The position numbers were made by a program, and so were the translations under genes. 64,000 nt of DNA from Spironucleus salmonicida (Eukaryota), in contig NC_090600.1 in the NCBI RefSeq assembly GCF_000497125.1, positions 310,001-374,000 of the forward strand, read 5' to 3'. Below, one piece after another: positions 1 through 16,297 of this stretch. Numbering within the stretch: position 1 is the stretch's first letter; every line of letters begins with the position of its first letter. The notes under the pieces were generated by a model that was not told the origin of the DNA, ran no database searches, and saw nothing but the letters and a program-made list of their open reading frames with translations.

Positions 1-632
1 TTCCAGCTTCTGTTAAGCTTCATAATAACTTAAAATCAACATCAGATATAACTCAACTAATTAATGATCTTAAAGACCTTAATTTAGAGCGCCAACAAAG
101 AGATACATGGACATCACTTGACCACTAAAATTTTGTCATTGGTTTAGCAAAGTTTGGTACTAAAACTAACCTCATTTTAGACTTTGTTGGAACTAAGACA
201 CGAAGATAAATTTAATCTCATTTGCAAAAATATGAGATTAAACTTAAACGTACTATCTAAATATCCACTTAATCAAAAATAATTAAGCTCCCAGTAACTT
301 TTTTGAATACTTTTATACAACAACTAAAAGAATGGAGAATTGAATATGAACTTAATTGCACCCCAGAAACTAGATCAATTCTATTATAAGATTAAATTAA
401 CGAAGAATATTTTTGTGAATCAACAGTTACGCTCAAAATAAGTTCAACACTATCTGCTCCAATTTAAATATAAATATTATAAACAGCTAAACCTGCAGTT
501 AAAATGTATATCAAATTATAAGATCTCCAAGATCCTGTTATTTTTACTAGCCATTATGCTTGTGAATAAACTGGTGTTTCTTAAAGGGAACTAGCAATCG
601 CTTGTTGCTGTTTGTATTTCTAAATAAAGTGA
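1..632 (+). CDS. Myb-like DNA-binding protein, SHAQKYF class (5' partial)
   Basis: Code-6 frame from position 3: WTSLDHQNFVIGLAKFG...VGTKTRRQIQSHLQKY; ends AAG-TGA at 630-632. Confidence 0.8.
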
Positions 633-668
633 AAAGTGATATTTGTATATAATAGTTATTTTATAAAA

Positions 669-1352
669 ATGTAAAATTCTAAAATTTCGGATGTTACTTT
701 GATACAGTAAAGCAATATTATTCTAGGAATCTTAGATTAATGTTTTAGTATAATGCCTTAGTAATATATAAACTAATTGACTAATTTTTTAAAAGAAATT
801 CGACAATTGTATGCACTATCTATTGCTAAAGGTTAAAAACGAGAAAGTTTGATTTAATGGCATTAGAAATTAGTCAATTAATATCCTATTATGTTAAAAG
901 CTATATAATCTATAGGTAATATAGTTAGTTTATTATGCAACGAGTTTATAAAAATATAGCCTTTGTTAATTTAGTTTATCCCTTAAAAGACTGAAAATGA
1001 TTATACAAGAATGAAGTAAAGTGCATAATTAGGCAAATCTATATTTTTTTCACAAACTAATTTGCAGTAGTCTAAATAAATCTAAAACATAACATAAATA
1101 CCAATGTAAACATAGCCGAGTTAATAAAATATATAATAATCATAATAAACTATTCCTACAATCAGTAATGATAAAGAATTAGCTAAAACAGTAATAAGGT
1201 AACTTGTGGTAGGAAATAAAATGAAGATTAGTGAACTCAAAAATGTATTAAGCGAGTAATAATTGACAGATTAATTTTTTGCTACAACGGGTATTTAGAT
1301 AAGTTAATCAATCAAAAAGGAAGTTGGTAGATTAATTGGTTGTGATATTTGA
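669..1352 (+). CDS. hypothetical Gln-rich protein
   Basis: ATG after A-rich leader, open 227 codons under code 6, TGA stop; no recognisable motif. Confidence 0.55.
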
Positions 1353-2355
1353 ATATAATATAATACTAATTAAATCTGTAACTGTAAACATGTACAACTC
1401 TATGTTTATTTTATTTTAATAGTGTGTGACTACTTCTTGAATATATTTATATAAAGTAAACTTTAAGTTGTCAGAAATATATTATATTATAACTCTCTGG
1501 TAGAATAGATTTTCTAATCAAATTTCTGCATTCATATCTCAATATATTAGTCTGTTTACTATGCAATTATTTAGTAGGTATATGAAGAATGACAGAAGGA
1601 ATTTAAGAACTAATTGAGTTATTAGCAAACAGCCAAATAACTGATTTAAATGTTATTAGTACAGTAAATAGTTCAAATATTATCAATCGAGCATCAAAAT
1701 TGTAATAGAGACCACGGGGGTGGACGGATAAGTAAAAACGAAATATGGTTATTGCAGTTTAAGAATTAGGATATAATTTATAGGAGATTTAAGGCAAATA
1801 CTTCAAAGAGATGACTTTATAACAGCTGAAGAATTAATATTTTTATATGAAGAAAAATAATCTTTTAGATTGATTTAAAATGATAATATTTTTCTCACTT
1901 ATTTAATAAGAATTATTGATATATTTAAATACTACATGTGTTATAAAGTATTACAAAGAGTAAAAGAATTTGAAAATACAATTCATAAATTGTAAAAATA
2001 TTCATTAGAATCAGCAAATTAAACTAACTTAATGAGTATAAAACAACAAGAATAATCTTATAAAAGTTAATATGGGATAACAGCTAGACCTACAAGTTTT
2101 TAAATAAATATACATTACCGTATATTTAAGACAAGTATATTTTAAAAAGTATGATAGAATATATAAAGTATAAATATATTGAACTTGAAAAGTTATTCCA
2201 GCAAATTATATAATTTACATTAATTTGTCAGTTTGAGATGCTCAACTTATTGGTACTATTTATTACTATATATAATTTTAAATTGCATATATTTAATCAT
2301 TTTTATTATAAATTACTTAGATTATATATTATATTTAAGATATATTAATCATAAA

Positions 2356-2730
2356 ATGAGAAGCAAACTGAAATTTGGATCTTCTCTTGGATTAGCATTA
2401 TAGAGCATATAACCATTTTCTGCACATTAATCAGCAAGAGTATTAACTGAAACATAGAAATTGTAGAATGTTCAAGTGGAATCAATATAAACTGAATAAT
2501 TATTGATACCGACCTTTAATGACAGTTATAGTATCTCTTCTCAATTATTTCTTGATGAAGATAAACTATAAATCTGTAGAATATATTAATTCAAGGATAA
2601 AGTTAAAGATGTAAACAAAGAACTACGAAAAAATCTTAAAAAATTATAATACATTACTTCAATATACAAAAAAGAATAAATATAGTTAAATAAAATGTTA
2701 ATTGAATCAATGTAAATATTAAAAAAGTGA
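2356..2730 (+). CDS. hypothetical protein
   Basis: AAAATG start, 124 aa open in code 6, stop within AGTGA. Confidence 0.55.
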
Positions 2731-3171
2731 TATAGTATTTTATAGTTATGAGATATCAAATGTTTTTCATAATAATAGATTTTAACAATTATTAAACAAA
2801 ACTTTGAAAATTTACTAGAATACATAGTACGCTAAATTTAAAAGATAACCAAAATTATTAATTTTGTTGTAATTTTTACTATATAAATATCATGGTACTG
2901 CTATTTTTAGGTCAAAACGTCAATTTTTGTTTTTAATTGAAATCTATCGTTAAAAATTAAATCTTACTAAACCATATAGTTTAAATTTATTATTTTATAA
3001 AATAAAAATCAGTTTAATTTTACTTGATAATATTGATTCAGTGAGTAACGTTAAGTTTACATTTTTGAAATAAGTATATGTTAATGAAAACACAATCTTT
3101 TTCAGACTTACTGTATAAAAATTTATAAAATATTATTATATATGAACAAATAGGAATTTGAGAAGATATCA

Positions 3172-3939
3172 TCACTCATTTTCAATTTTTTCAATTAGCT
3201 CGAAAACAGCTTGTTTCTCTTCTTTTGAAGTCGAAAATTTTTCATACTCAACAACTTGAATAGCCAACTCCTTTGCAGTTTAACCATCTTCATCAACCTA
3301 CTTTACCAAACTCTTAATTCTTAAAGCAGTAGTTTCTATCATTTCTTTGCTTAGTTCAAGGTTTTCAAACTTGTCAGGGTTAGAAAATATGTTGTAAATC
3401 TACTCCATATACTTCTACCTTCCGAAATATCCACAGTTACTTAATACATTCATTCCATCTGCAGACTATACTATTATTTCCTTTGGGAAAATTTGACTAT
3501 CAAACACCCAGTTAAAACCGACTTCAGAGTTGACTGATATGGCAAAAAGAGAAGCATTTTAACCTATTGTATTAGTAGAGTTAATAAGTGCTTATTTATC
3601 TTAAATAAACTACAATATTTCAGGTTATTCTCTAGCAATAGCAATGAACGTGACCGAAGAATCAGATGCAAGCACGTATTTTAAATTAACATTTTTACAG
3701 TGGATAACAGTTTACTCAATTATATTTAAATTTATTTCGTGTTCAAACAGAAATTTAAACACCTCTAGTTAACCATAATATGCAGCGTACATTAATCCTG
3801 TGAAATTAGGAAATACGCCATCTGCAGCTTATCTAGGATCTCTCCTTTTAATATTTTTAACATGAGATTTAATAAATTCAATTTCACCCTGCGCACATTT
3901 CTAAAACCATGAATTATCTTGACGGCAAATTGCGAACAT
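3172..3939 (-). CDS. ankyrin repeat protein
   Basis: FTGLMYAAYYGQLEVFKFLFEHE ankyrin motif; 255 aa; stop within AGTGA. Confidence 0.75.
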
Positions 3940-4097
3940 TATAAGATGTAATAATAATTATATATTATATATCAATAAAATCATATGAAAAGTATGCGAT
4001 TTATTGGGCTAATAATATATAATATTGTTAATTTATATTAAGTTATTTCATTTTATTAATCTCAAAATAAAAATCAATAAAATAATACTAATATAAG

Positions 4098-4490
4098 TCA
4101 ATCAAAGTTTAAAATACTATAAGAATGAACTAACATAGCATCCAACTTAGTTTCTGATTTTTAATGGTAGATCTAAAGGATATTTAACTGTACTTAAAAA
4201 TTTTTTAGCATTGTTATTTTTCTGCTTATTTTTTATGTGCATACTTCCAGGTTACATTGTTTAAGTGTAAACTCATCTGCAAAACTCTCATATGATATGT
4301 TATACCTTTCAGTAAAATTTGCTAAGTTGAGGTTATCGTGATTAATAGATTCAATTGCTATTTTTATTTTTTGAAGTCTTATATGAAGCGATGTCACTAA
4401 AATGTTTTACAATGCCGGTATTTTTAGGACAGTTACGGGAAGGTTGAAATTAATAATCTATGCATTTTTAATTTACAAGCTTATGAACAT
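4098..4490 (-). CDS. hypothetical protein
   Basis: 130-aa open frame in code 6, ATG to TGA; no motif. Confidence 0.4.
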
Positions 4491-5116
4491 TATGATAATA
4501 ATAAATTTATTAAAAACTGATTTTAATAAACCGTAGAATTTTTATTTATCTATCCTAAAATATATTCATATATACTCAAATTTTAAAATTAGAAACACTA
4601 TTAGTATCAACTGAGTACAGCAGAATATTTTAATATTTAATTAAAAATATAGTATATAGTATTTGGTATTTAACGACCAATATCATAAAAACATATTATT
4701 GTATTCAAATAACTGAAAGAAAATTGTTATTAAACTCTCGATATCAAATCAAAGTTAATATTGATTATTATACTAATTTGAATAACAATATTACATATTT
4801 TTATCAAAATGTTATTAATGAAGATTATTTTAATCGACAATGTTCATTTCACATACAATATGTTAATTTCTACAAAATAAAATAACAAGCATAAAGAAGC
4901 TTATAATAGGTGACCATATAATATTAATAGTTGTAGAACTTAACTTGAAGTTCTTAAAAGGATAATGTTAGTAAGTATTTAATTTACTCATATACTGAAT
5001 GTATTTATTGGAAACTAAACTAGTGAAAGCAATTCTTTAATTAATGGAAGTTAGTCAATTGATATTAAAGTTTTATTTAATATTTATATTTTAATATAAG
5101 TATATTTATACTTGCA

Positions 5117-6460
5117 ATGGAAATTTAATGTAAGGATCCAAGAAAACATTATTTAACAATCATTCGTAGCTGCCAACTTACTACCTCCTAAATTGAGTTA
5201 CTTTTACAGATTATAAACAAACCAAATTATTAAGATTTAATTATTAGTTTCGTCCTAAATTATATTACACAACGCGGTGATAAAAATTTAATTATTCACA
5301 CTTATTTTTTTCTAAAATTTACTAATACTCAAGTATAGATCTTGGCGAGACTTATTTCTTACTTTCCTTTAGTATTTACTGGAGAAATACTAGCAACTCT
5401 TTATTAAGATTCTGGTTATTATGCAGATAAATAAAAATAAACTAGTTTCAGTCATCATTTATTATTATAAGCTAGTAATTATTAAAGATAATGCTTACTA
5501 TCATAATCTTTTTAACCTGATAAGTACTGGATGAAATTTATTTCTACATTAAAATAGTTTAAATAAGTTCAAAAAATAAATAAAAAGAAGCCTAATAATT
5601 AGCTAGATATAGATTAAACATAATTTAAGTAGCAATAACTACCTTACCATGTTGTATAATTAGAATAGTTAAAACTGGATGCAATCCTTTGCTAACTGTG
5701 TTATGATGTTTATTATTAAAAAGATTTAAACCAAAATGTTATCATGAAGAATTTTCTAGAAAAAGCATATAAACCTAGATTTTAAGCATTTATACAATAA
5801 AAAATAATGTACGTATGCATTAGTGGTACTTGGCATCTAGCAGACACTGTTGCAGATGCAGATTCATAGCCTGTATAAATGATATTAAACGATTAAAAGG
5901 TTTATGTGCATCAAGGATTTTTATAGGTATCATAATTTATTCATGACTAATTAATGATATTAACACCATATTTAATTGCCAATAAACATATTGATGAGGT
6001 TATATTTACTGGTCATTCATAAGGTGCAGCTGCGTCATTTATACTTCAGTAAATGTTTATAATGAGGTTTCCTTAGTTAAAAACATAGTGTATTGGATTT
6101 GGTACTCCACCATTTGTTAGTAAAGGATTTATTTTGAATAGCACTCAGCCAAATCGAACGTATATTAACAATAATGATTGCATATCTAGGGCTGGAATTC
6201 TTTATCAATATATTAATGAAATTAGGAAAGCATATCCTGGTTTTTAGACAGAATAATATTCTGAATTTGTTGAAGAAAATTATGGATACGATGATGATTT
6301 TTATACTCCAGGTGATATTTATTGGCTGAAAGACAACAATATTGTCCCAATAACTAGATATGGGGTTTTTATTTAAGTTGACTCGTTTTTGAATTTTAAA
6401 GACCATCGATTAGAATATTATATTGAAAATATTAAAAAGTAAATATCAAACATCAAATGA
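5117..6460 (+). CDS. lipase class 3 family protein
   Basis: VHQGF, IFTGHSQGAA nucleophile elbow (Q encoded by TAA), GFGTPP, NNNDCISR, DH; 447 aa. Confidence 0.85.
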
Positions 6461-6507
6461 GTGTATAATATAAATTATATCAAAAGTTCATATAATAATA
6501 TTACTCC

Positions 6508-8892
<2,385 letters not shown>

Positions 8893-9074
8893 TTTTACAT
8901 AATTAGTAAGGCCTTCACGATATAATATGTTAATATAAATAGTGAGACTGTAAAAAATTAAGTACATATTAAATAATAATTATAGGATAATTTGTTAGGT
9001 CCAAGTATGGGTAAAATAAAAATTATGTTATTATATATTTAATATTATATGATATAAACTTTCCTATTCTGGGA

Positions 9075-9530
9075 ATGTTGGCTTTCGATTCATTATCTCC
9101 ACCTGTTTATTCTGAAGATTCTCTACTAAGCATAACTGATATGGAACCTATAGATGTATCAGGACTCTTCTAACAACAAGTGTAGATATAATTGACAAAG
9201 CTAACATAACTGAGATACAAATAACCAAAAAAAGATTTAATTTCTACAGCCAATCCTCATTTCTATAAAATGATGGAATCCCATTCTGCAATATATTCTG
9301 CGTTTTATTTTTTAACTAGAAAAGGTCTTTGTTTTGTTCCTAAATAGATTTTAGACTAACTCTCAATCTAAACAACCAAAACTAATATTCTTTAAGTTTA
9401 AGAATAACGTATTTTAATTTATATTAATGATAGAAAGGAGGCTGAGAGGAAGCTTATTATTAGAGAGATCTTATAAGAACCTAATTTAAGCACCAGCTGG
9501 GTGGAAAGACTTTAAAAAATGATCAAGTGA
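9075..9530 (+). CDS. hypothetical protein
   Basis: 151-aa open frame in code 6 ending AAG-TGA; start uncertain. Confidence 0.4.
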
Positions 9531-9755
9531 GTTTATTAATTTTGCTAGCTAAGTTTCAAATTACTAAAGTTGTAACTCCATTTAGTGAAGCTAATGGTAA
9601 TGATTCTTAGATAAGATTAACTGCATCACACTAAAGGGAGTGAAAATATAATATTATAATTTTAATATAATATTGATATTATTATTAAATTAAATAAATT
9701 ATATTGGTTTAATATTAGACTAATAATATTATAAACTTTATAATAAATAAATGCA

Positions 9756-10862
9756 TCAATCTAGTCCATTCAGATTGCTAATAAACCCAATATTAACTGT
9801 CTAATCCATCGCACCCCATCCAATTAAACCTTATTTTTCTCTATTCCAGCTGATACTTTGCACTGTCTAACTTGTAACAACGGCTTCTGCGCATAACTTA
9901 ACATTTCCACCTACACCAACTTCCCCCTTATCAGTTTTTCTAACTCTTTCTTTAGGATAATTATACTTACACAAACCAATTTTGCTACCGGCAGTTGCTA
10001 AAAATGTATCTCTATTAAATGGATTAGATTTAACTTACCAAACGGTACTGGAGTCTGCCCAAGGTTTAAAATCAGTAATAGGTGTATTTTCGTTGAGAAC
10101 TGCTAAATCCATAGTATATGTGTGACCTTCTAATGTGCCGATATATAATTTATTGAGCTTGGTATCTTGTCTATCAAAATCTAGACTGCAAATTCCATTA
10201 GAAAAATGATGTTCATAAGCAACTTTCATCATTCGCAAATCTATCATCTTTAAATCTCCGGAATCAAATCCAGTTGCCAAGTATCTATCAGAGGTGCTAG
10301 TAGCCCCACCTAAAGCAACACTCCAGCATTCTGGTGTGATTTTCATTACTTTATCTTAGTCAACGCGAATTCTAACCTAAGAGTCCTCATCTGAGCCAAA
10401 AACTAAAACGGGATCTTTCATTCTAGTATCCCACAATTTTACTAGCCCGTCTGCACCACCAGTAGCAATTTCTGGTGCACCAGTCTATTAAACATTCTTA
10501 CCACCAATTCCATCAACACAATGCACAATAGCATTATGAGCTTTTTATTAGAAAACAGGCTTAGACAGATTTTCAACATCATAAACAAATAAGTTTCCAT
10601 CATGATCCCCCGTTGCGAAATGGCGTTAAGGGGTTATTGAAGCGCCAAACGATACACATTTCAATGCTGATTATTTTTCATGTTATGTTATTTTTGTTAG
10701 TTTTTAATCATCAAACCCCCAAACTGTGATTTAACCTGTGCCTTTAGGTGCCATACCAACTGAAAGAAAACGAGCAGATTGAGGTATCCAAGAAGAACCA
10801 TATATAGTATAATTAGTAGGAGCTGAATAGAGCTATAATATTTATGGATCAAGTGCAGTCAT
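9756..10862 (-). CDS. WDR92: WD40 repeat protein WDR92/Monad (dynein assembly factor)
   Basis: N-term PQILQ..NYTIYGSSWIPQSARFLSVGMAPKGTG and CWSVALG..ATGFDSGDLKMIDLR..NGICSLDFDR resemble the WDR92 pattern; 368 aa. Confidence 0.85.
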
Positions 10863-10977
10863 ATTTAAGGAAAGGATAAATTTATTTGAAAACTTACTTT
10901 TATATTATATAATAATCATATATTTCTGATAACAATTAATATTATTATTATATATAGTCTAATAAAACTAAAGCTAA

Positions 10978-11283
10978 ATGATCAAAAACACAAGCGGGAA
11001 AACACTTAAAACTTGCAAATAACTAAGAATTTGTCCTTCTGAAAGGCAAATAATTCCACAAAAGTTTCACATCAAAATGATATCTGTACTACAAAACAAC
11101 ATTATCAAAAAGTTGGCTGATTCGACCTATCTAAACTTTAAAGAGCAAAACACGTTTATACGAGCCACTTTGGAACAGCTGAAAACCAGAATTCGGCGCA
11201 TGGAAACGTGCGCGGCCATATGTGAGCAGAACATTAATGTTATGAACGCCGCCAGTTAGCACTTAGTTTCTTAGTTTGATTGA
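10978..11283 (+). CDS. hypothetical protein
   Basis: 101-aa frame containing track ORF 11077-11259; TGA stop. Confidence 0.55.
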
Positions 11284-11323
11284 GTTATGTCTTAATATTT
11301 AATTGAATACCAAATCCGCCAAA

Positions 11324-11950
11324 ATGCGATCTTTCGCGAATCCCACGAACCAGTCGTCTATTCAGCTGTTCGACTCGTACCAGGCAATGAACGACGCCGC
11401 GAAGTACAGGGAAAGGCTATACTCGCAAAATCCTCCAAATTCGGAAGGGTACTCGCCCAGTGCGATGACAGTTAAAACGCAACAGCCACCTAAAAATGCT
11501 ATAAGAACATGCCCCACTTGTGGCTGCAATGGCCACTGCGCAAAGGAGGAAATACGGCCTGCTATAAGTGTGGAAAATGACGGAAAAGCTGCTGTTGTAT
11601 AGTACACAAATTTGTATCAATCTCCAGAGCCTGCGGGGGAGCGGCAGGAGCCGATTGAAGAGCCCCACCCATCTCTGCGGCACCGCCTGTACGCGGCGTT
11701 CGCACACGAGATCTTCAGCGACCAGGCGCGCGTGGAGTTCGCCCAGGCCCTGGACAGTCGCGAGCGGCTCACCTGCTACGACCTGGTGCTGCTGTTGCGG
11801 CTCTTCGTGGACCAGCTGCAGATGCTGGCGCTGGTGCACCTGTTCCGCGCGAACCTGGCGGACTTCGACGCGCAGTGGTTCCAGCTCGTCGGCTGCTTCC
11901 GGCGCCAGCACTTCAAGGACGTGTTCATGCGCGACTTCGGGCTGCGCTGA
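11324..11950 (+). CDS. hypothetical protein (CxxCxC motif; GC-rich 3' half)
   Basis: Track ORFs 11303-11602 and 11612-11950 are in frame and join through TAG=Gln; C-rich leader CCGCCAAAATG. Confidence 0.65.
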
Positions 11951-11969
11951 GGGGCGTGAAGTGCAGAAC

Positions 11970-12416
11970 TCACTCATTATTCGCGGGCGAGGTGGGCTGG
12001 AACGCGAACCTGGACGTGGGCGCCTTGTGCTTCTGGAGCGACTTGAGGGAGACGGGCTCCTTCTGCACCGCTCTAGTCTCCTGCGGCACCTCGGGATCGC
12101 TGGACGTGCTTGCGGCGCTCCTGGGCGCGGGCCGCTGGCTCTGCACCAGAGGCACGTTCTCGCCGCGCAGGCGCTCGATCTCGTCCATGGTGACGTACCT
12201 GAAGAAGGGCCCGCTGGTCTGCAGCCGGACGTAGCCAGCACGGTGCTTCATGGAGCAGTAGATGTTGTACACAACGAGCGGAAGACACACTGCCATCACG
12301 CCGCCGGCGATGATGTAGACCAGGGTGGTCCAGGTAAGGTTCCCCGGGCAGACTGACTAGTCGTTCACGATCACGCACGTTTTCATGCACAGCTTCGTGC
12401 AGTCATCTGATAGCAT
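11970..12416 (-). CDS. small single-pass membrane protein with four-Cys N-terminus (distant paralogue of cassette gene 1)
   Basis: MLSDDCTKLCMKTCVIVNDQSVCPGNLTW-TM-KHRAGYVRLQTSGPFFRYV; 148 aa; GAG-TGA stop. Confidence 0.7.
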
Positions 12417-12552
12417 TTTAACTACTATTAAATATTATAATGTTATATTAATGAATAAAAATAGAAATTTCTATAGCTTAATATTTATAGTATGTTTTTT
12501 ATTAGTACATCATTTTAAAATTGTAAAAATATAAAATTACACTTTAACTATA

Positions 12553-12918
12553 TCACTTAATTCCTAGAATTATTTTAACGATTTATTTTACATCAATACG
12601 AAGATGAAAATATGTTGAAATAAAATCTAAAGTTATTATAATTCCAGAGATAATAATTAAAGCAATAAACGCAAATAATGACATCTGAACTGTAAATTGC
12701 ATTAAAATATCAAATTTAATAGAATATTTCAACGCTACTGTTGATATATAGATTAGTAAACCCATGCAAAATAGAATTTATGATTTGTAAAATAGTTAAA
12801 ATTCTTTTGTTTCCTGAAAGTCTTATAAAGCATACTCCATTTTAGTAGAAGTAGATTCAATGATATCAGGTAATTACTCTAATTAAGGGATTAGAATGCT
12901 CATATTGGCTTAATTCAT
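12553..12918 (-). CDS. small transmembrane protein
   Basis: 121 aa with two hydrophobic stretches; AAG-TGA stop. Confidence 0.5.
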
Positions 12919-13234
12919 TTTTATTTTTCTACTAAATTATTCATATTATATAATATATATAATTAACGTTATATTAATTACTACAATATTTTGTTCATGT
13001 TCATATTAATCTGCTATTATTTATATTCTAATTCTAATTTTAACTACATTTAATAAGCTATTTCTTCACTAATTCGATGAAACTATGCTGACTTATGGAA
13101 TTCACTAAAACTAAACATAACATAATCACGAACCTCCTTGCCACAAACTAAGCATCTATTGAAATTGTTATTATTTAATTATGTCAAATTTATTAATATA
13201 TTATCCCATATTATAATATATTTTCATTCCTAAA

Positions 13235-14494
13235 ATGTCTCTTTTCGAAACTATTATTTTACCAGACCAGATCAAGGAAAATCTAAAATAACTTAAGTAT
13301 AACACATTTTTGCCTATATAAGATCAAGTTGTGAATATAATTTAAGGGTCTAATCATAATATATTAATCCAATCTCCTTGTGGGTCAGGAAAAACACTCG
13401 CTTGTGTTCTCCCAGCTTTACAATAATTAAATTAAAATCCATTTACTATTATTTTGGCACCAACCCCTGAATTATCTATTTAACACGCAAAATATATCAA
13501 AAAGCTCACATAGAAAACGTCAGCCACTGTACATGTAAATGAGCAGCTCTCGGACCTTAACTCTCCATTATCACTACTTTTTATGAATCTTCTCCCAAAA
13601 AATCCACACTTCTTAATTTCGACACCTAGAAACTTCTTATTCTCATACTTAAAGCATAAAAACGAATCGCAGTCACCAAATTCTACATTAATATTCCCTA
13701 AAACGTTGATTTTTGATGAAGCAGATGAAATTCTCTAAAATCACATAATAATTACAATCTGCAAAAACCTCCAAATCCGCCCCCAAACACCCCTCGATTT
13801 AATGACTAAAAAGTGCGTCCCGCGCTTAATTTTCTGTTCTGCCAGTCTTCTTTCCAAGTTCCCACTTTTAAACGCCACACGCGCGGCACCTGGAATACAA
13901 ATAATTAATGATAAGTCCACTTGCAGACAGCTGGTTTCGACTGTAGATGCAGACTTCATGATTTCAATTTTAATTAGAAATTCCATTCCTTTGCCTGGTA
14001 TTGTCATTTTCGACGATTTGCTTACTCTCAAAACGGCGTTTGCGCGAATAGTTTCGTTCACGAAAACTCAACGCTTGAAATTTGCTGTAATTTGTATCAT
14101 TAAAGGTATGGATTTTAACTTTGACAATGCCGTTATTAGGAGCAAAATGCCTGAAAATATACCATAAAAATGTATAATAATGTGTTTAAGTGAAAATGTT
14201 CGTGGCGTAGATTTGGGATTTTAGTGTGCTATTTCGTTTGTGTAAACTGTGGATGATGCTTAGCACTCGTGTGGACGAGCTGGAAGAGGGGAATCTGGTG
14301 GAATTCGTATTTTTTGTGTCCAGGAAGAAAATTTAGAGAAATTTGAAGGTGTTGAAGGAGAGCGTCTTGATTAGGATGTTATAGGGGATTAACTGACGTT
14401 CTTTAGTAAAAATTTAGGTCAGGTTGTGTTAAAAAGAGCTCCAGAAGAGCCTGATGAATAGTTGGAATTTGAGGAATTACTGAATGATAATTGA
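13235..14494 (+). CDS. divergent DEAD-box RNA helicase
   Basis: Q motif PIQ, QSPCGSGKT, LAPTPEL, IFDEAD, SAS, RGVDL, HSCGRAGR; 419 aa. Confidence 0.85.
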
Positions 14495-14533
14495 TTATTA
14501 TATTTTAATAAACTGTAACTTGTTTGATTTAAT

Positions 14534-16297
14534 ATGGAGGATCTTACTTCATTTTTGTTGAAGGAGTAGGATATCAGTTAACCTAAAGAGTTACTGTACT
14601 ACTTGAACCTATTAAATGAGGTTATTTAAACATTTTGTTGTTAGGAGTAGTTACATACTTTGCTGTTAGAGTAGTTTGATATCAACAAAGAAATTTATTT
14701 ACCAGAATTTTAAGTATTCGAAGATGAAAAGCAGTAGTGGATTGAAATATTTTAGACTATTACTCGAAAGACACTAAGTGTGGATGTATTAATGAATAAA
14801 GGGGCTAGAATACTTGCGTCATTCCTCGAGTCAGCTAGGCCTATCAGATAATAGATTTTAGTTATGTGTGTTAAGCTGATACATAAAGCGTCCTTTTAGT
14901 AGCCATTCATCTCTTCTAAATAATTTTATGAAGAGGTTAGTGCGGTAGGAAGTCTTCCAGAATCAATAACTAATGAAAGAATTGTGACAAGAAGGTATGC
15001 ACTATTAATAAAACTTATGATTAAGTTTAGAGCCAATAAAAGTAACGATGACATTCTAATAAAAAGATGTTAAGAGGAAAATATTGTTTACTAAAAAGAT
15101 TTATTAATTATATTAAGTAAAAAATATTAATTAGATGTACAGCAAATATCAGACATTTTTACTAATGATCCTTCAAAATTTATTCTCGCAGATTACTATG
15201 GGTTCCATTTGGCTTGTATAAAAGCAGCTGAATAAAGTGAATAGTAAATATAAGTACAACCAACCGTAATTGTCCCACCATTAAAAAATATAAATTAAAA
15301 AGAAACATAAAAGATACATCCAGAAGATATTGAGATGGTAAATACTAATTATGATCCAGAAGTTATAGATTTTGAGGATTTAAGCCTTAGTGAAGATCAC
15401 CATGATGCTGATATTTCTGAAAATGAGCCAAAAGACAATGAAATAGATATATAACCTATTCTTCCTTCTCTTCCTACTATTGTATTAGATGAAGAAATTA
15501 TAGTAGTAGAAGCTGAGAAATGCCATCTTCCTGAATTTACTGACTTGGAAGAATTTTTAGCTAAAATTAAAATGGATCAATCAGAATTTGAAAACTTATT
15601 ATATGAGACTGATCTTATTCTATCTCTTAACAATATGTAACTTTCGAAAGTTATATAAGAACATATTAGAAATAATTTTATATATTAACCAGATAATAAA
15701 TATTTTAAAAAATCCGCAGAAATTCCTTTAGAATACGAGGAAATATCGTATTATCTGAATAATGATAACAGTTTGCTACCATAATTATCTTCATTGCTAC
15801 CATTACGAACGACATTATTAAATTTCATCACTCATTCTTTTTCATAAAAACTTTATTTACAATCTCTTGAATTTAATGCTTTTTTGCGTTAATTTTTTGA
15901 TGAAGGAATGATGTAAAACCTATTAGCCTTCAGAAAAACTGTTTCAGTTTAATAAGATTAAGTTTCTTTTATTTCATCCGAATTAAATGCCTAGATTTTG
16001 ATAAGATTAGCTTAATATTATGAATTTATCCACTCTGAACATATATAGCCCATTGAGGTATTAATTAAAATCTGCTAGTTTGCTAAGGCTCAAAATTCTC
16101 ATATTCAATACATAAAATATAGTGGCCCTATTTACAAAATAACAAAAATTGTTTAAGAGTTTCCTAGACTTAAAGAAATTGGACTTAGTGGTGAAAAATT
16201 TTAAGCAGTTAAATCAGCATTTTAATTAATGCAAGTTGGTCTTTAGGTTACTGGTATTAGAACTATTGTTCAGGATATTTTAGACGAATAAATCTGA
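14534..16297 (+). CDS. hypothetical protein with acidic central region
   Basis: ATG and TGA in same frame, 587 aa in code 6. Confidence 0.65.

Noticed and set aside
1390-2154. Possible gene between 1.4 and 2.15 kb
   Set aside because: Open segments lie in different frames with TGA stops; no motif to support a model
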